From: Gracilinanus agilis
Lineage: Eukaryota
DNA: 64,000 nt
Assembly (NCBI RefSeq): GCF_016433145.1
Contig: NC_058136.1
Location: forward strand, 58,481,381 to 58,545,380
Reading direction: 5' to 3'
The notes under the pieces were generated by a model that was not told where the DNA came from, ran no database searches, and saw only the letters and a program-made list of their open reading frames with translations. Positions 50,314 through 64,000 of the stretch are shown here, in pieces. Position numbers and translations under genes: made by a program. Position 1 is the stretch's first letter, and every line of letters begins with the position of its first letter.

Positions 50314-53300
50314 CAAATGGCGTGAATGCCCAGAGAGGCAGGCGGACAACGGGCAGCATCAGGGTAGTGGAGCCGGCAATGACAAGCTTCAGGAACAGGG
50401 TGCTGGTCCCCACCAGACCGGGGAGAACAAGGCAGGACTCCAGGCCCAGAGACGTGGAGCCACTTCCTCGAGTCTCCCAGCAGCCTTCGAATCCAGGACA
50501 ATCTGTGGCATTGTGAGTGGCGGCACTAACAGCTCCCTCTGGGAGCTCATGCCTTTGGTGGTCCTGCTCTCTCATCTCCAGTCTCTGCCTTTCTGCTGGC
50601 TTCTTTCCTACAAACATAGACAAGCCTCCCCAAGCCGTAAAGCCCCTCCTTCAACCCTGCCTCTGCCGTCTTCTCAAGCTGTCTCCTTGTCACAGCAGAA
50701 ATGCTGCAAAAAGTCATCTGTGCACTCTGTCTCCACCTCCTCCCACACGCTCACCCCCGACTCCCTACTCCCAGCAGTCTGGCTTTGAACCCCACCCCCA
50801 ACTCCCCAGAAGAAGATGCCCCTCCCAGGACAACGTGCTCACCCAAACTCTCCTCCCCATGCCCTCTCTGTTTAACTCGGCCTTGGACACCCTGGGGACC
50901 TCCTTCCCACATCCCCAAAGCTCCTGCAGTTCTGCTTGATGCTGGTGTGTCTACCCCACCCCCACAGCAGCTTCCTCTTGCGTGTTGTCCTCCGCCGTTA
51001 GCTTGTTAGGGGCCGTGGAGAGAGGGCACGGCCTTACTCGCTCCAGGATCTTTGCCAAGAAAGCCCCAAAGGAAGTCACGGAGAGTTGGCAGGACTGAAT
51101 AACGAACTGCTGTGCGGGCATAAGACTGCGAGGAGCTTGAGGGCAGGCAGGGGTTGTCTCTTCCTTGTTTGTACCCCCAAGTGCTTGGTACAGGGCCCGG
51201 CAAGTAGTAGGCGCTTAATAAATGCTTATCCACTTTGAACTTGACCGCTAAGTCCTATGGCCCCTTCTGGATACACTCTCCTTCCTTAGCTACCATGACG
51301 AGGCCCTCCTAGTGTCTCCGGCTACTCGTTAGGACTCTCAATTACGGAGGAGGCGCTAATCTGTGTCGGCGCAGATTCCTGGAACCGTTGAGCCCCGTAG
51401 ATCGGGACCAAACAAAACTCTGAGTGTAAAGATTGGAGCCTCTCTTCGAAGTGCCAGAGAAGACCAGCCTTTGACTTCATGTGAGCAGAGAGGACTGGTG
51501 TCCATTGCGCTGGATGGGGGGACCCGCTGCCCTGGCCAGCTGCCCATCAAGGCTGTGCATCCCCAGAAGCAGGCGAGGAAGAGGATGCTGAGAAGCAAAG
51601 GCGCTGGTGTGTCAATGCATTGTGGGGGTGGGAGGGGGCGCCTATTCAGGGATGGTTGGGACTGGCTGGCCTCTCATGGACCTTCCCACTCAAAGACCCC
51701 GTGATTCTAGCTTCGCCCACTCATTCGAGAAGAAGCTGTCGGGGCGATGGACCCGTTCCACAAAGAGACTGGAAAGGTCAGAGTGCCCAAGAATCCCAGC
51801 TAGAAGCCCGTGTCAGTTAACCACAATGATAATTGACTTTGAGCCTTTATCGAATTCCCAAAGGGCTTTACCTATTCACATCTCGTGGGAGCCTCTCCAC
51901 AGCCCTGTCAGGTAGGGATTATAGGTATTACTAGCCCCATTTTACAGATGAGGAAACTGAGGCAAATGGAGTTTCAGTGACATACCCAGGGCCACACAGA
52001 TGGTTAAGTTTCAGAGGTGAAGCTGGGTGACTCAAGGTCCAGCTGGCTATTACTAGGACTACTTGAGAAAAGTGACCTTGGGACAATTCTGTATGGTCTG
52101 TGGTAGTGGGCGAGATGATATATTCCTCTGTTCCCATCTGTCACCAGAACTGAGCTGAGATCTAGCGCAGCTGAGCTGGTCTCCATATCAGCCTCAAGTG
52201 GCTTTCAAGGCCGGCTCCAAGCAAAGTTCAAGTAATTTTGTGTCTTTGCCTGTTGATCCCGCCTCCTCCTCTCCCACCCTCCCCCAGTGTTTTGGTTTCT
52301 TCTCAGAGCCCACTTTCTAACGGGAGGCCGGGAGTGCTCAGTGTGGCTCCAGAGGCCGCAGAGAAAGCCAGCTCTAATAGAATGGAAGCAAATCCAATTT
52401 CCCGCCTGACCCCTGTACGACCCCCAAATAGGCCCTCGCAGGCAGTCGCAGAGCATCAGGGGAGCAGGCAGTCGCCTCCATGGCATCAACTGAGAGATAG
52501 GACAGGAGAGGTGAAGAGTCAGGCCTGTCAGAAGAGCACAGGCGCCAAGTCACGTTATGTTGCTGGTTGTACAGACAATTTCTCCTGCTGGGGAGGACCA
52601 AATCCAGCCCAGGAATTTTGCTCAAAGCACGTCTTTAATACCACGTATCTGTCATCCGCTAGGCACCATGCTGGGCCCTGGGGACATAGAGACTTGGGTC
52701 CCCCAGGCCCCAGGAAAGGGCTACGAGCCCCAGGAGGGCAGGTGGGTGGGTGGAGACCTGGAGAAACCCACACCCAAACCCAAGGTTTGCCCCTCATGGC
52801 ACCATTTAGTTCATGGTGACCCTGTGACAGTAGCAAGAATCAGAATTACCACCTCCCTTTTATGGGTGGAGGACCCAAGTCCCCTGCTCCTATCTCACAA
52901 CATCAGTGCAGCGTCAGCATGAAGAGCTCCGCCATGCGAGTCTTCCTCTCCCAACCAGGGCTGCCCCCCTTGGTCCTGCACGCTTGTAGTGGAGGAGGCC
53001 AACAGAGTTTGTTCTGGATCTGGGCCACTATTCTGACTGCCTTGCCAACCTACAAACTCCCGGATGGTCTGAGGGGACCTGGGTTCAGATCTCAATTTTG
53101 CCCTGGTGTGATCTTAGGCAAATTGCTTTTTCTGCTGGGGCCCCAGATTCCTCACCCATAGCTCGATGGATGGGGCTGGGCTACGAGGTTCTTCCCAATT
53201 CACAAGTCATGATGCTCCGATCGGTACCTTCTCTCGTCCCCTTTGAAAGAGGAAGCCTAGGGCTAAGGTTCAGAATATACAATCGAGCTTTGTACCATGG

Positions 53301-54129
53301 CAGCCACTCCAGGCCCTGCTTCATGCTACCACCTGTTTGAGGCTTTGCCCACTTCCTGGAGCCATACCAGCCCCAAGAGCTGGGGTTCTTCCTTTGGTCC
53401 TGCACACAGAGACCCCCTTATATGATTATTCCATGATTCTTCATGGGAATCCTCATGGGAACTTGGCATGATTGGAGTGTGAAGACTTGGGTATGAATCT
53501 TGGCTCCAACTCTAGTCATGTGACCCTGGGCGAGTCATTGCATCACTCAGAGGTTCCTCATCTGCCAAAAATGAGTAGAACACCTGTGCCTCCTTCCTCA
53601 TTAAGTTCGTGTAAAGAAAATGCTTTGCAATCCTTGAAAGTACCCAACAAATGGAAAGTGTTGTTGAGGTCCTTTCCTTCTTTGGCCCAAGAGCTCGGGA
53701 TCCTCTTCTCTAAAGGGCAGTGGAATGAGATGGGCCCTTCCCGCTGGGAAGCCTGTGATTTCTGACCACAGGGTAAGCTTCTGCTAGGATCACAGCCCAT
53801 TCTGAGAGCTAGAAAAACTGAGGCCCAGGGAGATTAAGTGTTTTGCTTAAGGTCATACCAATATCGAGCAAAATTGGGACCAGGACTCTTAACATGACGT
53901 GCACCATAGTACCCGTCATGGTGCTTCCCTCGTGGTAAATGAGCAGAGAGCACCCGTTTACTCATGAAGTCTGGCTGCATCCATTTTCCTGATGGTAGAA
54001 TAAGTGAAAATGTAACACACACACACACTCCCATCACATATACACATATACTCTGGACTCTGATCACATGTTTCTCTCATCCAATAACAGCTTTCCATGC
54101 TTCTCCCGTGTCTGTGTGTCTTGGCCTAG

Positions 54130-54729
<600 letters not shown>

Positions 54730-55204
54730 TGACGTTTGAGCTAATCCTCTCGACTGCTCAGCCCGGCCTGGCCAAGTTGGCTTACTTCTTGGGCCCTGCC
54801 CTCTGCCACCCGCTGGATGACAATAGTCACGGTGGCCAACATTTATGTTTGCTTTAAGGCTTGATAAACACTCTGCCTCTATTGACCCATTTGTTCTAGA
54901 AGCCAGGTCACCTGCTCCAAGCAATAGCTTTGCCTGAGGCTCACTCCATAGGCTCGAGAGGCCAACCTTTGCCCATGATTTGGGTTTGGGCATTTCCCAG
55001 ACTCTGGCCAAGGGCGGCTTAGTTCCTGGGGCTCGGCGCCACATTCGCTTGGGTTGAGCTCCTTTGCCACCTGTCGTGATGCCTACTTCCCTTGTGCATG
55101 TCAGGGCAAACCAGCCCTCAGGATTCATGCCTTCCCACTCCCTGAATGCTTGTGCCAAGTGAAGCCAGGTTCAAAACGGCTATTCAAAGTAGGCTTCAGG
55201 GTAA

Positions 55205-55400
55205 AAGCCATCACCCGAAAGGCAGGCTGGGGACAGGAGGTCCTGGTTGCAAATCTGGCCTCAAACTCTTCCTAGCCTTGTGACACTGGGAAAGTCACTT
55301 GACCCCCAATGAGTTGTCCTTACTGCTCTTCTACCCTAGAACTAAGATGTAGTACTGATCCCAAGACAGGAGGTAAGGGTTTAAATGTTTTAATTTTAAA
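55205..55400 (+). mobile_element. SINE1_Mdo-type SINE (intronic)
   Basis: ggaggtcctggttgcaaatctggcctca...gtcacttgaccccc...aagggtttaaa. Confidence 0.8.
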
Positions 55401-55445
55401 AAGACAAATAGAACAAGCAGACATCCTAGCAATAATTAATGGCTT

Positions 55446-55561
55446 TACGGTGTCCCAAAAGTCTTAGCGCCATTTTAAGACTCAAATTTTCATCTTTAAT
55501 GTATTTAATCTTTAATTAAAATTGTAATTTTAAAAATACCTTAAGACTTTTGGGACGCGTA
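55446..55561. mobile_element. Tc1/mariner-type palindromic MITE
   Basis: TA-bounded inverted termini tacggtgtcccaaaagtcttag / ttaagacttttgggacgcgta around an AT-rich interior. Confidence 0.75.
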
Positions 55562-55879
55562 GCCTATAAAAACACTTTGAAGTCGTCATTGTTGAAAAAA
55601 AGGCAGAGAGAAGGACGTCAGGACAAGTAATCTCGGTCCTTCACCGAGGTGATGCATGTATTTGTTTATGGCTTCTAGGCTGCTTATAGAGAGAAGGGTA
55701 AGTCTTTTAAAAATGTATCTTGGTGTGATGCGAATTGCCCCGCCATACTGTCAAAAGAAATGATTGAGTGCAGATATTTGTGAGCTAACTATGTCTGACA
55801 GTATACATAGTGTTCCTACCTAGAGTGAGATAGTTTCTGGTAACTGTTCAGACCCATTTTTCAGTGTCAATGTTGAAAC

Positions 55880-56254
55880 ATTGTTCTTTCCGAGCTACTT
55901 ATTTCACTCTGCATCTTTTTGTACTGATCTTCTGATGTTTCTCTAGAGTCCTCTAATTGCAAAACAATGTTCTGGTATGTTGACATGCCCTGATTTGCTC
56001 CGCCATTCTGCAACTGATGGGGGCTCATTCTGTTTCTGCTTCTTCACTGCTAGTTTTTTCTTTCTCTCTCTGACTCCCTTGGAGTATAGGCCCAGTAGTG
56101 GGATTACTGAGTTATAGGGACAATTAAACATTTTTCATCCATCCTTCCAAGGTGATATCCAGAACGATTGGGTTAACTCACAGCTGCACTAACAATGTAT
56201 CTGTACAAAAATGTATCTTCTCACAGCCTCACCAACAGTTGTAGTCCTTGTAAG

Positions 56255-56305
<51 letters not shown>

Positions 56306-56360
56306 CATTCTCATCTTTGCCAATTTGCAGTATGAGATCTCGGGTCATTTTCTCAACTCC
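55880..56360 (-). mobile_element. Old L1 3' ORF2 fragment containing a (TG)n expansion
   Basis: ORF 55943-56131 (YNSVIPLLGLYSK ~ YDPAIPLLGIYPK). Confidence 0.7.
56256..56304 (+). repeat. (TG)~24 microsatellite
   Basis: Read directly from the sequence. Confidence 0.97.
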
Positions 56361-59300
56361 AGGCTGGCAGAGATACTTGCCCATGACTTCACTAAGATAG
56401 TGATCAGCCTCAGCAATATTAATGTCCTTAGAGCACAAGGCCCTGGTCAGTGACTCTCATTCACTCCCATCTCCTGGGGACAGCCATGGATGCTAGAAGT
56501 TGATGGGAACTTAAGTCTGTGAGATGGGAGCAACTGGGAGCTTAGTCTAGATTTCCATCTCTCCTTCCCTTGGTGTAAGAAGACTCCTATAACTATGCGC
56601 ATTCTTCCAAAGCTAAAACATTTGACATCTAACCGAATCCCACCAGCCAGCATTCAGTCTGCTTTCCAGCTGATTGCTAATTAACCACAGGACCTCTCAG
56701 CCCCTCCTGACCTCAAACTCCCCACTCATGGAGGCCCTCTTGCTTGTTTCCTGGCTTCTGTGTGTCACCAAATGACTGTAGGCGAATTAATCTAGCCTAT
56801 TTTCCTTCCCCCCCCCCCCAACCTTCAGCAGCCTTTGGCTTGCCATTTCTCTTTCCCCCATTGGTCTCTCTCATAGCCAAGTGTTCCTTACCCAGAATTC
56901 CAACCTTCAGAACCCCTGCCTAGTACAGTTCCAGAATTTCCCCTTCCTTGCTCCTATGAGCATTGCTCTCTGAATTCAGCTTTTCTAACTCCCCAAGACA
57001 GCCCTGAGCTCCATTTTTTTCCTCTCTATTATACCAGCCAGTACATAATTAACATTAAATGCCTACCACGTGCAGGGCACAAGCAGAAATGACTCCTCAA
57101 GAAGTTTTGTGATCCCTGGGGCTTTGAAACACCTGTTGCATGTCTGCAAGGATGGGTGCTCGCCCCCAGGGGCCAGCTGACATGTACGATTTCTGAGAAG
57201 AGCTGCTCCATTGGCCAAATGATGGCCACTGGCAGCCCTTTAGTGCCCCCACAGCCTTGAGCCTTGGTTGGTGAAGGGATCAGAGCCCCTCGCCTCTTCT
57301 TTCCGCCCAGGGTCCTCTCTCAGCTTTATTCCTGTTGTCTGCTGGGAGATGACCCCTCAGCCATAGTCTGAGGCTCTTCGCCTAGGTTGCTGCTGTGCCT
57401 ATGGCTCCTGCCAGGAGTCAGGGAGGGAAGCTGGGAGGAAATGTAGGCAGTGTGGGGAGTTTTTTTGGAAGAGGTGGCTTTAGACGACTGACTCAGACTA
57501 TCACCTGGGCCGGCCCAGGAGAATGGAGAAGAGGCAGCTTTTCACTAGCCCTGCTGCAGTTTTGCTTGGAGGTATTCTTCCCCCCGCCGTTGCCAGGACT
57601 CCTGTTATATCAGTTCTCCAACAGACTTTTTTGGCTTGTGGGTCCAGCCTGGCTCAGAGGGTCACAGCTTGGGAGCAATCGAGATTTTCCAAGTCACTCT
57701 CAGTGGTTGCAACCTCCTTTTCCATATTGTTTGCTTAATGGCCCATTCAGTTCACTGAAACCCTTAATGTGTACCAAGAACTCAGGCTGTTCCTTCTTTG
57801 AAATCCTCAGAACAAAGGAAGAACAGTGGCGAGAAGCCCCACATCCTCCCTTTCGTTGGCAGAGAGAGGGCATGGCACCTTTTAAAATACACATGAGTGC
57901 CCGCGCTGCTCAGGCACACAGGTGCACACACGCGCGCACACGCTCAAGTGAGCAAACCTCCAGTCCTGAGCTGGGCATGACAGAAGTCGAGCTGGAAGGA
58001 AAGCCAAGGCCATGTACCCCAGCCTCTTCGTTTTATAAAGGAATTGGTACAAGAACTGGGATTTGAACTCGGGTCCGCTGACTCTTAAACCAGCCCTCTG
58101 CTCTCTACCAAACATGGAGCCAAGCATGTGTTTGCTGCCCTCTTGGAGGCTGCCCAGGTTACTGATACAGGCTATATTTATACTGCCAGGGCCATCTGGT
58201 ACCTTAGGCCCAACTGGAATGGGATGCTGCTGTCTGTGAGGTGCCTGGGGTGGCCTCAAGAGAATCAGCCTGAAACTCTTCAGGAGCTTCCCATAACCCA
58301 GAGGATAATGTCCCTGCGGCTGGTCTGTCCTGATCATGGAATCAGCCAGTGAAAAGCTATCCCATCTGGCTGCCTGCCCTGGCCAGCTCCTTACCAAGTG
58401 CCCCGTCACTACATTTATACTCCTCCTGGTCTTACTCTGGAAAGAGTGATCAATTCAGTAGAGGTGGCTGCTAGCGCTATGCCTGGAATCAGGAAGACCT
58501 GAGTTCAAATCTGGCCTCAGACACTGGTCGACTGGGTGACCCTGGGCATGTCACTTCACCTCTACCTGCCTCGGTTTCCTCCACTGTAAAATGGGGATAA
58601 TAATTGCACCTACCTCAACAATTTGTCTGATTCACACTGCCTGATCCGCTCAAATGTAATTTGTTGGGCCTGACTCTTCATGACCCCATCCGGAGTTTTC
58701 TCGGCAGAGAGACTGGAGTGGTTTTTTTTTCCTGATGGCCTGCTACCTTGTCTCTGCTCACATCGTTATCCTCTGAACCTGTAATGCGCCTGTTGAAATC
58801 TTCGCCATCTTTCAAAACCTGCATCATATGCCCCACCTCTCTCCCTCCCAGCCTTGAAAAATGTCTCTTGGACTAATTCTTCCGTGAAGCCAACTCGCAT
58901 TTCTCCAGGCCTTTGAAAGGAAGGCCGGGATTTGCCTCGTGACAGTTGTCGGAGACACGTCTTGTCCACTGCGCTCTTCCCATCCATCGGTGATGTCTAG
59001 TTTTGATAACCTTTCCTCAACTCGTCACAGTCAGGGAAACAATCCCTACTATGTGCCTTGCACGTAGCGAGTGTTCAGGAAATAGTGGCTGGTTCTGAAT
59101 ACCCCTGATCATTCTGGGAAATGTTACCTTTGAAAACTTCCCTCTGATATTCTGGGAGTGTTTTGAGATGAAAACATGGCTGGGAATTGGGAAAAGGGCC
59201 TTTTCTTAACCCGTTCTTGAGAGAGAGGTCACTGGATTACCTAGAGTAGGTGTGTCATTCGAGCTCCCAGAGTGACATCGAGCTTTTTGTCCAGTCTCAG

Positions 59301-62300
59301 AGCCCCTGGAGGGTCCTCTAGGCTTTGCGGTGGCACGAATTGAGGCACACACTAAGGAGAGCCAGCCATGAAAGGAAGGAGATGCTTAGGGCCTAGCACG
59401 ATGAACCTACATCATTTGGCAAAGATTATAGACAAAGAATGATTTGCCTCCGTCTCATCGGGCCTTCTAAGAGATGATAAAGAGGGGGATGCCCGCCCCC
59501 AAAGCTCTTCGGAACACAAGCTTAGCCTTCGGTGGAATAGAGCCCATTTATTTCCATGAGACCAGCCTAAAGTCAATGGTCTTCCTGGCTCTGTCTCCTC
59601 AGAGCTCTTCCCGGCCATGCCCCGACCCCCAGGGCAGAAGGTCAGGCCCAAGGCAATGAGGGGTTTGACCTAGCCAGCCCCTTAGGTACCGGGCGGCTCT
59701 AAGAGTCTGGTTCTGTGCCTAAGCTAGGCGGGGCATGACCTCGACCCCAAGAACCCATCCCATCTGATCCGGAGGGGCAACGCTCTAAGAGGAATCGGGG
59801 CGGAGGCCAGGCCATCGGCGGCTGCCAGTTCTTGCAGGGCTTGTGATTCACCCGCCTACACGGGTGGTCCTGGGGGTAATTGAGACAAGGGCCTCATGCC
59901 CACACCCTGCCTGCCCATGGCCCAGCATTCCACCAGGCTAGACGAGGGCAGGAAGGGAATGGCAAAGTGCAGGTGAAAAGCCTAACCCGGGTAGAATTGG
60001 GCTTCTCTTCACTGAGTCTCTGAGGATCAGGCGAGGCAAATGAATTCCTCTCCAGGCAAGCTGTGAAGTTTACGCAGGAGATGCGCAAATGTGTCTCTGC
60101 TGAGCTGGGCTGCTAGGTGCCCTTTCACCAGCGGGAAGCCTGCCGGGCTCTCTCCCTAGCCTTCTCCCTGCCCCCAGCACTGGCAGGGCTTTTGCCCCAT
60201 TCAGAGAGAACAGGCTCTGCCATCCCCGGTCCTGCCACAGCAGGAGCTTCTTAGGGGTCTGGCTTTCCCCCAAGCCATTCAGGCCCGATCAGGGCAGAAG
60301 GGACGGGGGCCTCGGGAGCAAGCTGAGAATTTCCTTGAAGCTTCTATTCGCCTCTCAACACACTCCCCTCTCAAAGCAGCAAACAAACCTTTGCCTTGGA
60401 AAAAGTGTGTGGTGTGACATTTGCCTGTTATAGGATGTGACATTTAAATGTTCATGACCAGTGTTTAAGGGATTGAGAGAAAGGGGGAGGCTGTATTGTT
60501 GAGCGGCTTCCCATGATTCCTAAGTGGGCTGGGGAACGTGGTCCCAAACAGCTCCTCCTGAGCCTTACTTGGCTTAGGATGGCTGGCGGCCAGGGACCTC
60601 CTTGCCGAGATCACGGGAGGCTCTCCCAAAGCCTTTCAAAGCATGTTGTCGCCTAAAGATTGGAGAAAGAAAACCCGCTTGGCTCCTTTCCAGGGCGAGC
60701 AGACTCCCAAGGGGGCCTCCATCCCCGTCCCCTCTGAAGAACCTCGGTCTCAGCTGGGAGATGAGCAGCGCTTAGGCTGTTCTGGGTCCGGAGGTTTTTC
60801 CTTGGACCAGAGGGCAGGGCCATGGAGACCAGGAGACAGAAAGCAGTAGGAGGAGGATGGACAGCTGGCCTGTGGAGACTTCTGGACTAGGACTGGAGCT
60901 ACGCCTGGCCCCAGACGTCCTAGATGCCCGGGTGGACTGCCCAGGTGGACCGCGCAGGAGCAGAGGGGCACCTGTAGGCCTGGCGCTTGGTCAAGCCTCA
61001 GGGCGCCTTGTAGTCATCACAGCTGCAAAGCCACAGTAGCCAGGACTATGGTCCGAACTCTGGCATCACAGGACGGGTCTACGCTTTGAGGGGGATTCTG
61101 TGGGAGGGTTGAGGTAGAAGCCTTCCCCTGCTTCCAGAGGGCGCAGCTCCCAATGGAGCTAGAGGGCTGGGGGGAGCCCTTCTCAGACCATCTCCCCCGG
61201 TAATGGCAAAAATCCTCTTAGCCCGCTTCCCTTCCTCCATCAGCCCTTCCCCCTGTCATGTGTGAAGCATCCCTTGGATGTTGGCTGGCTGTGCCCTCAC
61301 AGGGCTGCAGTCACATCTGTGAGATGCCACGTGTTTGAGATGCCACATACGCCAACCTGCCAACTGTTCTCCATAGCTCGAGCAGCCCCTAGGCCCTACT
61401 CACCCCCAGACTCAGCTGCCTGGCTAAGAGCAAGTCCTCAACGTGGGGTCATTCAAAACACTAGCAAAGAGCAGAAGAGGGATCCGACTTGTTCTGCTGG
61501 GCTCTGGGGCAGCCGAACTGAGGGCAGTGGGTGGAAGCTAGAGGCAGCATCTCTCGGAACTAGAAGGAAATACCGAGGCCGTTTAGTCTAAACCCTTGTG
61601 AAGGGACGTGTGCATGCCCATGACCTCCCGTGTGAGCCCGGTACGCTTTTGGAGAGCTCACGGTACCCAGAAGTGTGTCGCTTTCTGTCAAATTCGGCCA
61701 CGTCTCTGTAGTTGGGGCAGAATCGGGCAGGGAAAGGGGTAGGAAAGAGGGAGGGAGGGACATCTGAACGTGCTGAATTCTCTTTCGTCCCGGCTGGATT
61801 CGAGGGGCCCCCCGAGACGTGTCGGTGAAGATGTCTGGCAGACAGTCGGTAAGACGAGTTCAGGAAAGAGCGGAGAGCTGGCTACCTGGAGGTCACCATC
61901 CGGATCCCATGTTCAGGGCACAGAAAAATGTCCTAACAATCAGACGTGTCTAGAGGTAAAACGGGCCGCCTCAAGAGGTGGCGAGATCCTCCTCTGTGAA
62001 GGAAGGTCTTTAAACACAAGCTGCCCCCTCAGTGGAGACACTGGAGTGGAACTTGCCAGTTAGGGAAGGGTACTCGCTTGAGCTGAGGAATTCTCATGGC
62101 TTCCTTCTGCCCGCAGGATCCTGCCAATCCCTCTTCTATACGGGAAGGTGCCCTTCTGTGCCTCCCAGACTCTTCAGCAGCATGCCTACCCCGGCAGACC
62201 CCCACTCCTTGCAGCTCACGGGACCACGTGGCTGAAGTCACCTGCTCCCTGAGGTCAAAGGAGGGCTCCACCATCTGAATGTCAGGGGGGAGGAGGATGC

Positions 62301-64000
62301 CATTCCCAAAGAGACACTCTCGCCAAGTGAAAAAGCCACATTTGAATACACCAGCTGCTCAGAGAAAGACCTCCTGTGCTTATTTCCAACAGGCCCAGCC
62401 TCCCCCTGGCTAAGCACAGGAAAGCAAGCCCTTCCCCACAGCAAGAGAACAGCATGGCGCAGGAGGAAGGGGGTAGCTCAGGAGGGAGTCGCTTTCAAAT
62501 TCGAGCCTATCTTGGCCCAGGATTCAGAGAATTTGGATGGCTCTCGCCCCATCACGGGCCACAGTTGCTGCTGCTTTGCTCCCGTCGGCTTCGTCGAAGG
62601 ATACATAAAATCAGGGATGAATTAGCGGGTTCTAGATGGCCCTAAGCAGGCAGGGCCCCTCTTACTTACGTAGCCGTCCCCGCCCCCCCGGGCCGGGTCC
62701 AGATCCCAGAGCTACGACGCCTGACCCTAGAAGTCTAGTCTACACAGACAAAGACTTCTCTGAGAGCCGAAAGCATAGATTGATTCTCTCGGTGAAAGGC
62801 GGTGTGGAGAGAGGACTTGGCTTGAAACTCAGCTGGGCCTATGTGGGATTTGAGCCTTTCAGAGTATTTCGTTACCCCTAGGGTTGAGCTCCAGGCACAT
62901 TCTCAAGGCCAGGGAAGCTCTTAGGAAGTCGGCCTGGACCTACTTCCCCTCAAGTCCCCACCAGCATTCCTTCTCACCACTAGGACGGAGGGAGCCTCAG
63001 AGCCTAGAACCAGAAAAGTACCAACATGGGGGAAGAGGTGTCAGTGCAATAGGAAAGGCTAGAAGAGGCCTTTATGGGTGTAGCAGTGGCCAAGCTTGTT
63101 GAGCCGGGGTTCCATTTTGCCCCCAGAATCATACCGCTCCAGCTTCAGATGGGCATCATAAGGGAAGTGAGAGCTCGTCACCCAGGCTGTGCTCATAGGA
63201 GGCACCCTGAAAGTTCTCACTAGAAAAGGGCAAGCCAAGTCACAGAATTACAGGATCCGCAGGCTCTGATTGCCAACAAGACTCCCTGTTCTTATCCCCA
63301 AACCACGTCTCCCACCCTAGTGGGGTCAACTGGAAGGGAAGTTGGGTGCCTGCCTCAGACTACATGGCAGAACTGGGCTGAGACCTGAATCTCAGCCCCA
63401 GGCTCTCTCAGCTGGGATGGGCATCTGCACCCCTGGGCAAGGAGACAGGCCCTGCTGCTGTGTCCAGAAGAGCCCGCTCTTGCATTTCTGAGTCTCTTCT
63501 GTAGATGGGTGCTTATCAGGGCAGGCAAGGCACACTGGGAAATCTTACATTCTAATGTGCATTGCTGGCTTAATCCTCTTGAACTATTCCTGGTGATAAG
63601 TTGCAGAAAAGCAGAGGAGGCTGAAGGATCTAATGTGGGAATTCTGAGACCTGGGGATTAGCAAAGTCCAAATTAGACCTTCAGGAGTCTACACCTTCTC
63701 CGTACAAAGGGAGATGGATGGGAGAAGCAGCTATGTGGTTCAAAGTTACTAAGAAGGGCTGGGGCATGGTCCCTGGAAGGGCTAGTGCAAGGGCAAGAAG
63801 AAAGAGGAAATGGTTTCATCGGGTCTAAGCAGCCACCCTTCAGGCAGAAGGGGGCACATGCACACGCTGAGCACATGGCACATTGTCATGTAACAACTAC
63901 CAACCTAAAGGCCATGAACTGGTACCAATGCACTCTACAGATAGCCAACCATCCATCGTCTCCCGAGTCCCTAGGGCTCTTCTGGGCAGGTAGGGCCTGG

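Noticed and set aside
50012-50788. ORFs of about 200 aa on both strands
   Set aside because: Held open by the (CA)n microsatellite (THTH/VCVC) and high GC content.
57395-58066. Longest non-TRPC5 ORF (223 aa), and similar 100-200 aa ORFs such as 22068-22556, 32314-32868, 52238-52819 and 57882-58409
   Set aside because: No recognisable homology, and they include MIR-derived sequence. Such ORFs are expected by chance in GC-rich DNA.

Overview
Marsupial genomic DNA, most likely the opossum Monodelphis domestica (young tRNA/CORE SINE1_Mdo-type copies, MAR1 SINEs, marsupial L1/L3), with two assembly gaps. The only securely identified gene is TRPC5 on the + strand. Its first two coding exons are 43666-44043 (codons 1-126) and 54130-54651 (codons 127-300), covering the ankyrin repeats and the Zn-binding motif. 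The next coding exon and the noncoding first exon were not found. TRPC5 is X-linked in therians, so this is probably X chromosome. The rest is mostly transposon-derived: two L1s, L3/CR1 and L2 remnants, many MIR/MAR1/SINE1 copies, a solo LTR, and hAT and mariner MITEs. Best leads: (1) a CCAAT/TATA/YY1 promoter-like cassette with an ORF running off the left edge on the - strand; (2) well-formed noncoding exon candidates next to the 5' end of an antisense L1; (3) about 83% GC3 and apparent AT-to-GC rewriting of old repeats; (4) clustered upstream ATGs at the TRPC5 start; (5) a hAT MITE with a perfect TSD nested in an L1. Repeat family names come from recalled consensus motifs, not database searches, and repeat boundaries are approximate unless a TSD is quoted.
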